From Basidiobolus ranarum (taxonomy: Eukaryota), in NCBI GenBank assembly GCA_040143965.1, contig JASJQH010000065.1:1-34773 (forward strand): a DNA stretch of 34,773 nucleotides. The letters are read 5' to 3'. The notes beneath the pieces were generated by a model. That model was not told the DNA's origin and made no database searches. It worked only from the letters and a program-made list of their open reading frames with translations. Within the stretch, counting starts at the first letter, position 1; each line of letters begins with the position of its first letter. Of this stretch, positions 13,752-25,291 are shown one piece after another. Made by a program: the position numbers and the translations under genes.

Positions 13752-15275
13752 TTAGATATTAACTCTAGAGAAATCACATTCTAACAATGGGACCATTTTG
13801 GTTTTTTTCACCACTTTGTAGCTAACAAAGAAGATGATGAATATGACCACGCCCAAGTATGCAGCACAGATGGCACTCCAGTCGATGGGATCGGATGCGA
13901 ATCCTGTGTAACCTTGACCAGCGATCACAATAAAGCAAATAACAAACGCGACGATAGGTCCAAATGGAAACCATTTTGCATGATATGGAAGATCATTCAT
14001 ATCACGTCCTTGAGCAATATACGCTTTTCTAAATCGATAATGGGATACGGCGATACCTAACCAAGCGATGAATCCGGTGACACTGGAAGCATTTAAGAGC
14101 CATATGTAAACCACTTTGTTCCCGAATAATGATGAGAGGAATGATAGGCAGGCAATTAATGCCGTGAATGCAAGTGAGTAAATTGGAATTCCCCCGGAGT
14201 TTACTTTCTTAAAGATTTTCGGAGCTTTTCCTTCATTCGCTAGCATCCAAAGAGTTCTACTAGCACCATACATTCCGGAATTTCCTGCTGAAAGAATGGT
14301 GACCAGGATGATAGCATTCATTACATTCTTAGATTGTGTAAAGCCTGAACGCTCAAATCCGAGAGTGAAAGGACTGGTGGCAACATCATTTTGTGTGAGA
14401 TCAGGATCGGTGTATGGAATAAGCATAGATATGACAAAGATAGCGCAAATATAAAATAGTACAATACGCCAGAATACTTGCTTCACCGCTTTAGGGATAT
14501 CTTTTTCTGGATTGGCAGACTCCCCTGCCGCTACACCCACCATTTCAGTACCTTGAAAGGAGAATCCAGCTGCTAAGAATACGTTGAGCACTCCAATGAA
14601 TCCATTTACAAAGGGTGCTTCACCGACAGTAAAGTTCTTAACACCGTAAACTTTTCCACCTAAAACACCAGCTGATACTAATATACCAACAATCACAAAG
14701 ATGATCACGGTTATAACTTTGATAAGGGCAAACCAGAATTCTGCTTCACCGTAGCCTTTAACTGAAAGGGCATTGAATCCTACGATGAACAGGAGTAGGA
14801 TGAACGCCCAAACAATCCCTGGACATTTCTCCGTACTTATCCTCATCTGCATGATTCCCTCGCCAGCTGAAAGTTCAGTAGCGACTGTGATGGCCCAGCT
14901 GAGCCAATAATTCCATCCTAAAGCGAAGCCAAAGGCTGGATCAACGAAACGAGAACCGTAGGTATTGAAAGATCCGGATATAGGTATATAAGCAGCCATC
15001 TCTCCAAGAGAGGTCATCAGGAAAAATACCATAACACCGATCAATCCGTAGGCTACCAGGGCACCACCGGGACCACCATTGGCGATAGATTGTCCACTGG
15101 CAATGAAAAGACCAGTACCGATAGTACCACCAATGGCAATCATCGACAGATGTCGAGTCTTTAATGTACGGTTGAGTTGTTCAGTTTGACTCTCAACCTG
15201 AATGATAGAGGCTTTGGAGGGATCCCCATGGGGCTTCTCTAGGTTTTCCATACTAATGGATTCATCATTGACCAT
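13752..15275 (-). CDS. lysP: APC-superfamily amino acid permease, bacterial LysP-like, intronless CDS (copy 1)
   Basis: First ATG at 15275. Motifs LKTRHLSMIAIGGTIGTGLF, FALGWNYW, GEAPF, GFSFQGTE, QVFWRI, IPYTDP, SAGNSGMY, GFIAWLGIAVSHYRFR, DLPY and GP(I)xAF follow the order of E. coli LysP as recalled. Confidence 0.9.
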   Translation of the reverse strand: MVNDESISMENLEKPHGDPSKASIIQVESQTEQLNRTLKTRHLSMIAIGGTIGTGLFIASGQSIANGGPGGALVAYGLIGVMVFFLMTSLGEMAAYIPISGSFNTYGSRFVDPAFGFALGWNYWLSWAITVATELSAGEGIMQMRISTEKCPGIVWAFILLLFIVGFNALSVKGYGEAEFWFALIKVITVIIFVIVGILVSAGVLGGKVYGVKNFTVGEAPFVNGFIGVLNVFLAAGFSFQGTEMVGVAAGESANPEKDIPKAVKQVFWRIVLFYICAIFVISMLIPYTDPDLTQNDVATSPFTLGFERSGFTQSKNVMNAIILVTILSAGNSGMYGASRTLWMLANEGKAPKIFKKVNSGGIPIYSLAFTALIACLSFLSSLFGNKVVYIWLLNASSVTGFIAWLGIAVSHYRFRKAYIAQGRDMNDLPYHAKWFPFGPIVAFVICFIVIAGQGYTGFASDPIDWSAICAAYLGVVIFIIFFVSYKVVKKTKMVPLLECDFSRVNI

Positions 15276-15717
15276 ACTGAAACCTAAACCTACTGTATTG
15301 GTAAAGGTGAGATAAAGGAAGGAATAATACACAAATGTAAGGAAAAGAAATTCCCAAAAACCTACAGAGAGGATGGTATATATAAGCAAATCTCATACGA
15401 ATGAATACTCATAAGAACGAATGTGACTAGACATTGGAGAACAAATAAAATGGATTTTTACTTATCAAGATACCATCAACCAATCGCTAGGTTGCTACGC
15501 TCCTAACACGCTTTCCACTCCCGGGAAAGTAAGAATTTTCCACGGCGCTTGTCCAATCTGTAGGCACAAAAAGTTTGTTGTAAGAGAACGGTTATGGAAA
15601 TTTGTTCATATTAGGGAGGAATCTCCAAGTATGTACATAAAATTCGTTCAAATTGAACTGGTGATATTTATTTGCCAAAATTAGAAGTAGCCATGATAGG
15701 TCTAGATATCTAAAATT

Positions 15718-15748
15718 CAGTAAAAATCCAGTAAAAATCCAGTAAAAT
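15718..15748. repeat. 11-bp tandem repeat (CAGTAAAAATC) x~3
   Basis: cagtaaaaatc cagtaaaaatc cagtaaaat between the two permeases. Confidence 0.85.
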
Positions 15749-15996
15749 GGACAATCGCACGAGTTGTGTCTACAATAGGAAGGACACGTTAGGCACGAGG
15801 CTATGTGAAATGGAACAATCCTAGAGTTGGTTAGGTTCGTGATCACTCGGCACATTACTAAGCCAAAGGTAATTAGTTTATTTACAATATGTGATATTTA
15901 ATATCGATTACAGTGATCAACAAAACTGATCAGATTCGACTATACACCCGACAGGCCGACATACCAACGCTTTTGCCAAGATGATGGTGATGTAAT

Positions 15997-17514
15997 TTAC
16001 CGATTACTCCTGGAGAAATCGCACTCCATAAGAGGTACTAATTTGCTTTTTTTCGCTACCTTGTATCCAACATAAAAAATGAGGAAGATGACCACTCCAA
16101 TATAAGTAGCAACTAAACCAACCCAGTCGACTGGTGTGGTGGTGAACTTGCCATACCCTTGACCAACAATCATTATCAGGATAAGAATAAACGCAAAGAT
16201 TGGTCCAAATGGGTAGAGTTTGGCGCGGTACGGTAAATCTTTTAGGTCTCGTCCTTGTGCGATATATGCTTTTCTGAAGCGATAGTGAGATATCGCGATA
16301 CCTAACCAGGAAAGAAGCCCCGTAATACTAGCCGCGTTAAATAACCAATTAAATACGACACTATTTCCGAAGAGTGAAGTGAAGAATGACAAGCACGCAA
16401 TGAGAGCGGTGAATCCAAGGGCATAGATAGGGATACCGCGAGAATCGACTCTTTTCAAGAACCTGGGGGCTTTACCTTCGTTTGCCAACATCCAAAGAGT
16501 TCTACTGGCTCCATACATACCAGAGTTACCAGCAGAAAACACTGTGACTAATATGACAGCATTCATAGCGTGTGGAGCAGCACTAAAACCAGAGAGTTGA
16601 AAGGCCAGGGTAAATGGACTAGTAGTGATTCCTCCTCGAGTGAGATCAGGGTCTGTATAGGGAATAAGCATTGAGACGACGAATATTGCGCAAATGTAGA
16701 AGAGTAAGATACGCCAGAACACTTGCTTCACAGCTTTAGGAACATCTTTTTCTGGGTTAGCTGATTCACCTGCAGTTACACCCACCAGTTCAGTACCCTG
16801 GAATGAGAATCCAGCCACTAAAAACACTCCAAGTACTCCGAGAAATCCATTCACGAAGGGGGCTTCTCCAACACTTAAATTCGAGACACCATAGACCTTT
16901 CCACCTAAAGCACCGGCTGATACCAATATACCAACAATAATGAAGACAATCACTACGATGACCTTGATCAGGGCAAACCAGAATTCCACCTCACCATAAC
17001 TTTTGACTGAAAGCACGTTAAATCCTATCATAAATACGAGTAAAATGATTGACCAAACTATTCCAGGAACGCTATCAGTCCAATATTGTATGATCCCCGC
17101 TCCAGCTGCGAGTTCAGTAGCGATGGTAATTGACCAACTAAACCAGTAATTCCACCCTAGAGCAAATCCGTACGCCGGGTCAACAAAGCGAGAGCCATAG
17201 GTATTGAAAGAGCCAGAAACGGGTATGAAGGCAGCCATTTCACCAAGAGAGGTCATCAGAAAAAATACCATTAAGCCAACTATAGCATAGGAAACAAGAG
17301 CACCACCAGGCCCGCCCTCAGCGATAGATTTACCACTAGCAACAAAAAGGCCAGTACCGATGGCACCACCAATAGCAATCATTGATAAGTGACGGGTCTT
17401 TAAAGTACGGTGAAGTTTTTCCCCGTCATACTCTGTGGAAAACTTGGTTTGATTAGGGTCCGTGGGGTATTCGGCTCTATGTATTCTATCCAAATCATAA
17501 GAGTTTTTATGCAT
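15997..17514 (-). CDS. lysP: APC-superfamily amino acid permease, bacterial LysP-like, intronless CDS (copy 2)
   Basis: First ATG at 17514. It carries the same motifs as copy 1 (GGAIGTGLFVASG, FLMTSLGEMAA, GFSFQGTELVG, QVFWRILLFY, WLGIAISHYRFR) and is its collinear tandem paralog. Confidence 0.9.
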   Translation of the reverse strand: MHKNSYDLDRIHRAEYPTDPNQTKFSTEYDGEKLHRTLKTRHLSMIAIGGAIGTGLFVASGKSIAEGGPGGALVSYAIVGLMVFFLMTSLGEMAAFIPVSGSFNTYGSRFVDPAYGFALGWNYWFSWSITIATELAAGAGIIQYWTDSVPGIVWSIILLVFMIGFNVLSVKSYGEVEFWFALIKVIVVIVFIIVGILVSAGALGGKVYGVSNLSVGEAPFVNGFLGVLGVFLVAGFSFQGTELVGVTAGESANPEKDVPKAVKQVFWRILLFYICAIFVVSMLIPYTDPDLTRGGITTSPFTLAFQLSGFSAAPHAMNAVILVTVFSAGNSGMYGASRTLWMLANEGKAPRFLKRVDSRGIPIYALGFTALIACLSFFTSLFGNSVVFNWLFNAASITGLLSWLGIAISHYRFRKAYIAQGRDLKDLPYRAKLYPFGPIFAFILILIMIVGQGYGKFTTTPVDWVGLVATYIGVVIFLIFYVGYKVAKKSKLVPLMECDFSRSNR

Positions 17515-17599
17515 TGTTGGAATGAAGTCCAACGGGTGAAATCGGTAACCTGGGAGAAGGTATAAACAATAAAGACAGAGAGACCAAGTTCGAACAGAT

Positions 17600-17656
17600 A
17601 TACTGCTGTTCAGAAATAGGCTTCGAAAGGAGATACTGCTATTCAGAAATGGGCTT
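17600..17656. repeat. Imperfect 24-bp direct repeat (period 33)
   Basis: atactgctgttcagaaataggctt (17600-17623) versus atactgctattcagaaatgggctt (17633-17656), 22/24 identical. Confidence 0.85.
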
Positions 17657-18115
17657 TGGCTTGGCTTTTAACAAGATTGAGTAATCTAACCAGGGCTCAA
17701 ATCTCGCAATTTCAGGTTTTTTGTCCCCCTAAACCGGATAATTTTAAAGTAAGTGGGAATTCTTTCTGAAACTACTTACATCAGAATTGGCATTGGAGAG
17801 TGATGATGAGAAAACCACCTCACTATATTGAGAAGGCTGAAGTTTAGTAGTTGAGCAACACCCACCAGAAATGTATATTACTGGATACCAACTGTCTATA
17901 CCACCTGTCGTCGGTTTACTATTTAGTAAGAAACCGAGAATACACCTCGTGATCTACAACATGCCAAATTTAGTCTCACGAGATAGATACGAACATATAG
18001 TTCCCATAGCCGATTGACCCACCTTGAGAACCAAAATATGCTAGATAATTAATTTATATCCTGCCTAAAGCTGACCAACGTTGGAAGACTGCTGAAATGT
18101 TGTGCAAAAACGCTG

Positions 18116-18160
18116 CGAATAGATTACCGCTGGATAGATTCCCGCTGGATAGATTCCCGC
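18116..18160. repeat. 15-bp tandem repeat x3
   Basis: cgaatagattaccgc / tggatagattcccgc / tggatagattcccgc. Confidence 0.9.
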
Positions 18161-19304
18161 AACCTGTTTAATGGTTGGAGCCTAAGAGATAGCGATTAAT
18201 GTATTTTTATGGACGAATATCATCTCCATTTCTTATGCTTGCACTGTGCATGACTAATCGTGATAGGATAGGTACTTCAATGTTAATCTTACTAAGGATT
18301 GAGCTTATTCGTAGATGAATAACACTTACAATCGACTCGTCACTATGGATCTGTTTGAGTAGAAGATTGTATTACATGGGTTCGTGGGGGGGGGTGTGTG
18401 ATATGCGATATGCCATAGACTGAATCACTTGTTTTGATCAGGTTTAGTGATGTTTCATCAAGTAGACATTCCCTGAACCAGTTATCCTGCTTTGAGGTCT
18501 CTTTAACGACTTGATCCATTATTCTCAGAGCTACTCATGGTAATAGTTCTTCCAAACATTGTAAGAGAGGGAAAAGTGTCTACTACCATCATATCTAATC
18601 CACTGTTGAAGTCACAATTGTATTTCAAGAAATTTGATAATGATTTGGTTTCTCCAAGCGTCATGGTATGTACTACAATCATGAAGCGAAACCTTAAAGT
18701 TTAACAGTCCCAATCTTGAATTATTCAAACACGATATTGACGATATCTTACCACGGTATCGTATACAGTATACGCATCTTGGATATGCTGGTACTATAAG
18801 GCAGATTAGAGGTCTACAAAAGATAATCTCAGTCAACCTTCTCGTTTCATCTTGACTAGATCAATTACCAGGCCAGAGGAGGCCTTATATTGCATTGGTG
18901 TTGAACTTTAATCATACCCGCTTCGAAGTTTCACTGGTATTGTACTGTTCATGCAGTTATGCCGATAAATTTGTATCTGCTTGAGAATATCTGTATGAAA
19001 CAAGTTTAAAGAAATCATGGTCTTATATGAAGCTAGTACCACTGACACCATACATATCCCACCTTCTCATTCACCTATATGGCTATATTAAGCTAACTAT
19101 TTAGGACGAATCTCTTCTAGTTTCTTCGTATCACCCCATGAAACACTTGATGAGACAAAGACTTGACCATACTTTGATCGATAGGATGAACAATGCATAA
19201 TTTTTGGGCTTGATGTGAATTTTAAATTACATTGAATATCAAGAAATAACTGAAAGTATTTTTTTCCTCGTTTAGAATACATTTTATGTTATAAATGAAT
19301 AAGG

Positions 19305-22300
19305 CTAACCAGGACGGGATGGAGTGGAGACACGGAAGTAGTCAAGCATCAAGTTAGTTTTCGAGTGCTCATATATGCATGTTAAGTCAGTTTCAAACTC
19401 GGGAATTCCGTCAGTAAAATCTGTACCATCGGAAGACACCCCATTTGCCTTAAGCTCCAAATACTCCATTACGCGGTCATACATCGTGGCCAAACGAGTC
19501 CGCAGTCCACCATAACGGAGGTCAAGAACTTCCCATCCAAAAGGTTTATTGGTTTTCATCCATATACTGCGATGGTAGCGCCAGAGCTTATCTACCTCAT
19601 CACGGAGCTTGGTCAATCTTGTAGTGGCAAGCTCATATAAAACATCTCGCTGACCAGATCGGTATGCTTCAATCATTCTCTCCCGGAGATGGCATTTAAG
19701 CATCAGTACATTGGATATCAAGTAAGGTAGTTGAAGCCGAGAGTTGAATGATAATACTTGCTTCTTCTGTAATGCTTTGTACAGATAGTCCGATATGATC
19801 GCATAATGCTGTTCTAGATCATATCCAGAATATTGTGGACTAAGAAAACTGTAAAATGGATCTAGAATAAATCTTATGTTAGATACATTAGTAACAAGGG
19901 CTTTTATAATCAACATACCCTCCCATAACAGCCATTTACTCATGTTAGAAGGGAAGTTAACTCTAGGCTCAAGTAGAGAATCATCAAGAGTGGGCTCGTC
20001 AATCTAAAATTGAAGTTTAGTTATTTGTTGAAAAGTGAGCACTAGGAATAAGTACATAAAAACATACCTTACTAGCAAAGACCTTTCATATGGATTGAAA
20101 ATAAACATAAATGAGTCTCACGGATCAATTGAAGATTTTTAAAATTGGTAATACAACTTACAAAATCGTCCAGGTCGCCTCCACAAATCCCAGCTTAATA
20201 GAGTTCATTTAGTAAAAGAAGGTAAGTACCCGAAAGAAATTTCTGGAAATTTACCAAAATTACGTTTGACCAAATCGACATCAACTTGGCTGTCTTCACA
20301 ATAGCAATGCTGAGCAAAGTACACTAGACCAGGAAGGGCTGAATAGCTGGACAGATAAAAAACGTAAGTCTAAATAAAAGTATACGATAATAAAATCGTC
20401 TGTACATGTCGCATTCATTGCCTTCGTCACCCCATATAGTCGACATGACGTTGCTAACTCCGGTAGTTTTGTTCTTGGCAGCTTGCAAACAAGCTTGAGT
20501 TGATTCGAATGTAAATGGTAATGCACACCAGAATCGATTCCAAGTCCAGTTGCCACCTAATTGATGTCTATCTATTAGCTTGAAAGAAGAAGGAAGATTC
20601 TATAAGATCCCAACAAACCAGCAACCCACGGATTGAAACATCCGGATTCGCGATGTTGTTGGATTTTATGAGTATAAATAGCTGAGCTGGTATGGTAGTA
20701 GTCCCAAAAGACTAGATCCATTCCTTTGGATATGGCCTCTACAACCTGATCCGTTGCTGGGTTCACGTTGTAATCATAATATCCATGAAGACTGTTATTA
20801 TCGGCAGCTATTGTGTTGAAATGTGAGTGTCAAGATGAACCAAGATTAAAGTAGAAGGCCAGTAAAATACCTAAAGAGAAAAGCACTATCAAATAGTTTA
20901 TCGTTAAATCATGAAGTTACGTTGAATATATACCAAAAAAACTTACTATCCGACCAAATCATTGGATATAGTCCCAACCGCTTACATATATCGTTCACTT
21001 TTTGTAAATGTTCTAAAAATATACGAGTTCCTTCTTGATGTCCGTATATCTGCTTGAATCTACCTTCTCCAAGCCCATGAGCCTGAATTTAAAATCAATC
21101 AGTCTATGCTTCATAAAAAATCGCCTTCCGAATATTTACCTCGTCCATTCCTATGTGAATTCTTTTTGACCTTAGAGGAGCTGACGCAGATTTGATCATC
21201 TTCTCAATAAATTCTAGAGTCTCCTCTGATTTAGTTAACAATACCTCGCCTGTATCTCGGAGATTAGAAAATCTAGGCCATTGAAGCATCTGACCTAGGT
21301 GACCCAGAGTTTGAATGCATGGGATTACCTCGATACCGCTACATAAAGTTATTCAGTTAGTTAATGCTTTAGCATCTACGCAGATGTATACAACAGCTAG
21401 TTATCATACAAGTCATCCGCATAATCATCAATATTTGAGAGCTCTCGCTGGCTGTAACCTCCTTCATAATGCAACTGTGTGAATTTCTTTTTCTGTAGAT
21501 AAATTTAAACTATACTTCATACCTCGAAGATAACCAAAAAATGGCTCTCCTTCAATCTACATTTAAATTAAAACTGTTGGTGAATCGAAGAAGTATAATA
21601 TCATTGTAAAATATGATCTAATATACCTCATATGTATCCTCAGTATAGAGTTGTATCATGTTAAATCCCATCAATGCACAGGCTCGAAGTAAAAAACAGA
21701 CACTTTCAACTAGCAAGACACCACCTCGACTACAGTCAACCATTAAACTAAAATCGTACATTCAGAGTTTGAGTAACTTTCAAGTACACCCTACTTAAAA
21801 ATATCTATTACCCCATGGTCTCGAATTGAGCCTCTTCTTTAAAACATAGAATTCCTTCCACTGCCCCAGAGGGATCAGGGTGAACTGCAGCTCCTAATAT
21901 GCGACCTAAACCGCGAAAAGCTATACCAAGAAAGAGGTTTATGTAATAAAACACGGAGAATTAATTATATGAAATACAAAATTGATACAGAACTCACACT
22001 GTATTGAAGCGTAAGCTAACAACTACTGGATCTAGGTTAATATTTTAAAGTTCTTTCACCTTCAGTTTTTCTTCTATAATAGATATTTATCTCGAATTGC
22101 TCATCATAGGGGATTTCTTTATAGTTGGGATGACTACAGACCACATTTAGTTGGCCTGGGCTTAACTCTTCACTATATGTAAATCTGATAATGGACATAC
22201 ATTCGGAGCATGAGTAAGTCAGGCAAATGAAAGACTATAGCAACTTTCGGGGATACTTCACGAACCTTAAAGACCATTTATATTCTACTTCACCATCAAT

Positions 22301-22432
22301 CATGGTCTCGTCGGTGACAAAATTTTTATGTGGACTATTTCTAACTAGTTCTGATATACCATCTCGTAGGTCAATAGGGATGTAAGAATGCTCGGCAAAA
22401 AGCAAAATATTTTGGGTATATGGGTTCTCCAT
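19305..22432 (-). CDS. Glycoside hydrolase family 20 beta-N-acetylhexosaminidase, GcnA/HEXD-like, 16 exons, no signal peptide
   Basis: Spliced motifs [49 protein letters not shown], catalytic IHIGMDEAHGLGEG, IWSDMLF, LVFWDYYH, TIWGDEGNEC and C-terminal W..[17 protein letters not shown]. All junctions are GT-AG and in frame. Confidence 0.9.
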
Positions 22433-22881
22433 GACTAAACGAATAGATTAGTCGAAGAGTTTTGTAAGTTCAGAAAACAAGTGACAAGTATGAGACTACT
22501 AAATGTGAATGCTCTAATGAGGCAAGTAGTGATTGAATATGAGCTTCTGATGACGATAAGAATTTTCGGATATATGCTCTACTCATTTCACATTAATTAT
22601 CGAGATTTGAATCCATAAATGTGGATATTGATAGTTCGATATGGATGGTCACCGTAGTACATTACATCTATTGATATCAAATATCATCACAACCTACATT
22701 CATTTACGTAAAGCGACATGCAGATGGAACCATCATTGCAGTTGCATTTATGAGACAAATGGCGTAGAAGATGAAGAGCTATTGGCGAAACCTGGGCCAG
22801 GAACTGTACTGTTAAGTCCTCTCAATAGTAAAGCTAAGTCCAACATACAAAATCGATTACTTATTGACATTTAAATACATT

Positions 22882-22906
22882 CTCAATCCTCAATCCTCAA
22901 CCCTCA
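22882..22906. repeat. Degenerate 7-bp microsatellite (CTCAATC)
   Basis: ctcaatc ctcaatc ctcaacc ctca. Confidence 0.7.
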
Positions 22907-23468
22907 GCTCTCGAAACTATATTAGTGATGCTTGACTCAAGCTAGCTATAACTTATGATAAGTTTGTCCACGGTGATATAGATAAATACTGGGCATTCAG
23001 GGTGATCTAGATGTGCAATGTCAGATAAAGCGAAAGTTACTGGAATGGCACATATACCCAAGCTACTGGTACATTTAAAAATATGTGACTGGCCATTTAT
23101 ATGGAGATTGACCTTCATGACAAGGGTCAAGATATCGTTGTCACTCAAGCAACCTATTCGTTTTTTTATTAGTGCTTGTAGATAGACACTTTCCTTGCTT
23201 TCATTTTCACATGTCAACGGCTATTTGCCATAACCACAACTTTAACAATACTGAATTTAGATAAGGCATTTGATGCTTAATCCGATTAGATTATGTAATT
23301 GGCTACATGGTTTCCCCTTCAAGAGGAAGGTATATTACCATTTACCATTACCATTGGAAATTGTCAGTATTATTACCTGGGCTCCTTGAAATGAATCCAA
23401 TTGAATTCAATATTGAAGCACATAAACCTATCTTCTCTGCTTATTCCCTCTCACAATCTTTTACTGTC

Positions 23469-24929
23469 ATGACTAGAAGACGTTCTGAAGCTAGTTCCTT
23501 GCCAACGCAAAAACCACCAGCTATACAGCAAAAAGTGGTTTTTCCCCAGTCAGGAACTGATTTCGAAACGGAAGGTTTCGGACACAAAAGTAAACTACCC
23601 AATCGTACCACCAAAACCTCTCAGAAGCTCGCCCTTTTCCCTGAAGCAGAACAAGATGTTCACCTTTTACCTGGAGATTTTACAGAAAATGAGTATTATT
23701 CTACTATCAAACATCTCCCTAGAGTTTCTGCTTACTGTACAGCATCGTAAGTGGACCTTTTGCTTTACCGAGTACTTTCACCAATTCAGTTATTGAACTA
23801 ACTATGTCAATAGCTCTTATCGTATGGACAGTCTTATGAAGCATTTTCAATCTTTAAAGCGTAGATATCTTTCAACACCAAAGCGTTTTGACGAATGGTA
23901 AATTCCTTTATATTCACTATGACTTTTTTCAAATTCTTATGAATGGTTTATAAGTATATATTCTCCTTTCTCATTCCATGCGGAATCGATCAATGGCACC
24001 GTTCCCACTGGAGACCTGCTTTCTTTATCGGCGGGAGATACAACAACCAATGTTGACCATAGCTTCCACCAATACGAAGAGAATGAGTTGAATTCCTTTG
24101 TCATGGGAGAGATATTTTTGTTTGATTACGGAGTGTGTGTATTGTGGGGATTTACAGAAAAGGAAGAGACGAAAATCCTTGAAGAGATAGCACCATTTGA
24201 AAAAGAGAAACTTGATATAACAGATGTAGAGTCAGAGCAATTACATTTTCGCTACAATAGCTCAGCTAAACCGAATATCTTCAACGATATTATCACTTTG
24301 AAAAATCCCTCCAATTACATGGTAAAACTTACCATCTCACATGCGATTGCTCAGTCTGTCAAAATGACCTTGTTTGAAGAGTTAGTGGATGCTACGATCG
24401 CAACTACAAAGTATATCCCTCAAGATATAGCACAATCCGGAAAGGTTAACATGTCCAGAACAGCCATTACTAAAAAGATTGGTCAGCTCTTCATCATGAG
24501 AATCAACGTGAACCTCGTGAGTAACATACTGGATACCCCAGAGATATTTTGGTCTGAGCCTTCACTGAAGCCTCTCTACAAAACCATCAGAGGGTATCTC
24601 GAGATTGGCCAAAGAGTAGACTTGCTCAACCAACGAGTGAGCGTAATTGGGGACTTATTGGAGATGCTGAAAGATCATCTGAATAGCTCGCACAGTAAGT
24701 AACCCATTTTCGTTAGTTCATGACATCTTGATTTACATTTCTCTTTTACCAGGTGAGCAGCTTGAGTGGATCATTATCATTCTCTTAGGTAATCATTCTA
24801 TGCTATGTTGTACGCAGATCTTTTTCTAACTTTTTGATTTATTTTTTAGTATTTGAAATTATCATTGGCCTCAGTACAATCGGATTCGATATCGCCAACT
24901 TTAAGCAAGGCACTGGTATGATACATTAG
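23469..24929 (+). CDS. RMD1: RMD1/Sif2 family (DUF155) protein, paralog A, 5 exons
   Basis: PNRTTKTSQKLALFPE, LPRVSAYCTASSY, FLFDYGVCVLWGF, KLTISHAIAQSVK, NLVSNILDTPEIFWSEP, EQLEWIIIILL. Exons 23469-23746, 23814-23897, 23955-24694, 24753-24788, 24850-24929. Confidence 0.9.
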
Positions 24930-25291
24930 GTTCCATCATTGAGCTGATCGAATAGTGTAACGATCCTTGCACTTATTATAATAAACATTAATGCAACATC
25001 AGTTAATTCTTTTTTCCTCTTGTATTTTGCAATCGGGAATTGGCCTATCATATTAATACAATCCATCCAATCAATTCTTCCACCCTGAGCGGGGGCAGTC
25101 ACCTATTTAAGCATTTAAGGGTTGGGTAAATTACCCTGTCGACATCTATAATAGTTTCCCATTTTTTTTGGTGCAAATGAATTAAGGAGCAGTTGCGCTT
25201 TTATAGCTTTTATATATAACCTGAATATATACGGTATCCTTTATCTTCATATATATTTCCATTCACTCTGTTCCCTGAACCACAGTAAAAG

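Noticed and set aside
15276-15389. N-terminal extensions given by the ORF track (also 17515-17532, 23307-23468, 30071-30103, 30596-30718)
   Set aside because: Most start at non-ATG codons or run through promoter-like sequence. The downstream ATGs fit the paralog or family better.
15276-15996. Lysine riboswitch carried along with the lysP-like genes
   Set aside because: No L-box consensus was recognisable upstream of either copy. Copy 1 has an ordinary TATA-like element near 15378-15386.
18778-18835. TPP-riboswitch-like string on the minus strand (CTGAGATTAT...GACCT...ATCTG...TACCAGC)
   Set aside because: It lacks the conserved ACCTGAT and GCG elements and convincing P1/P2 pairing, and is not linked to a thiamine gene. 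An Infernal RF00059 search would settle it.
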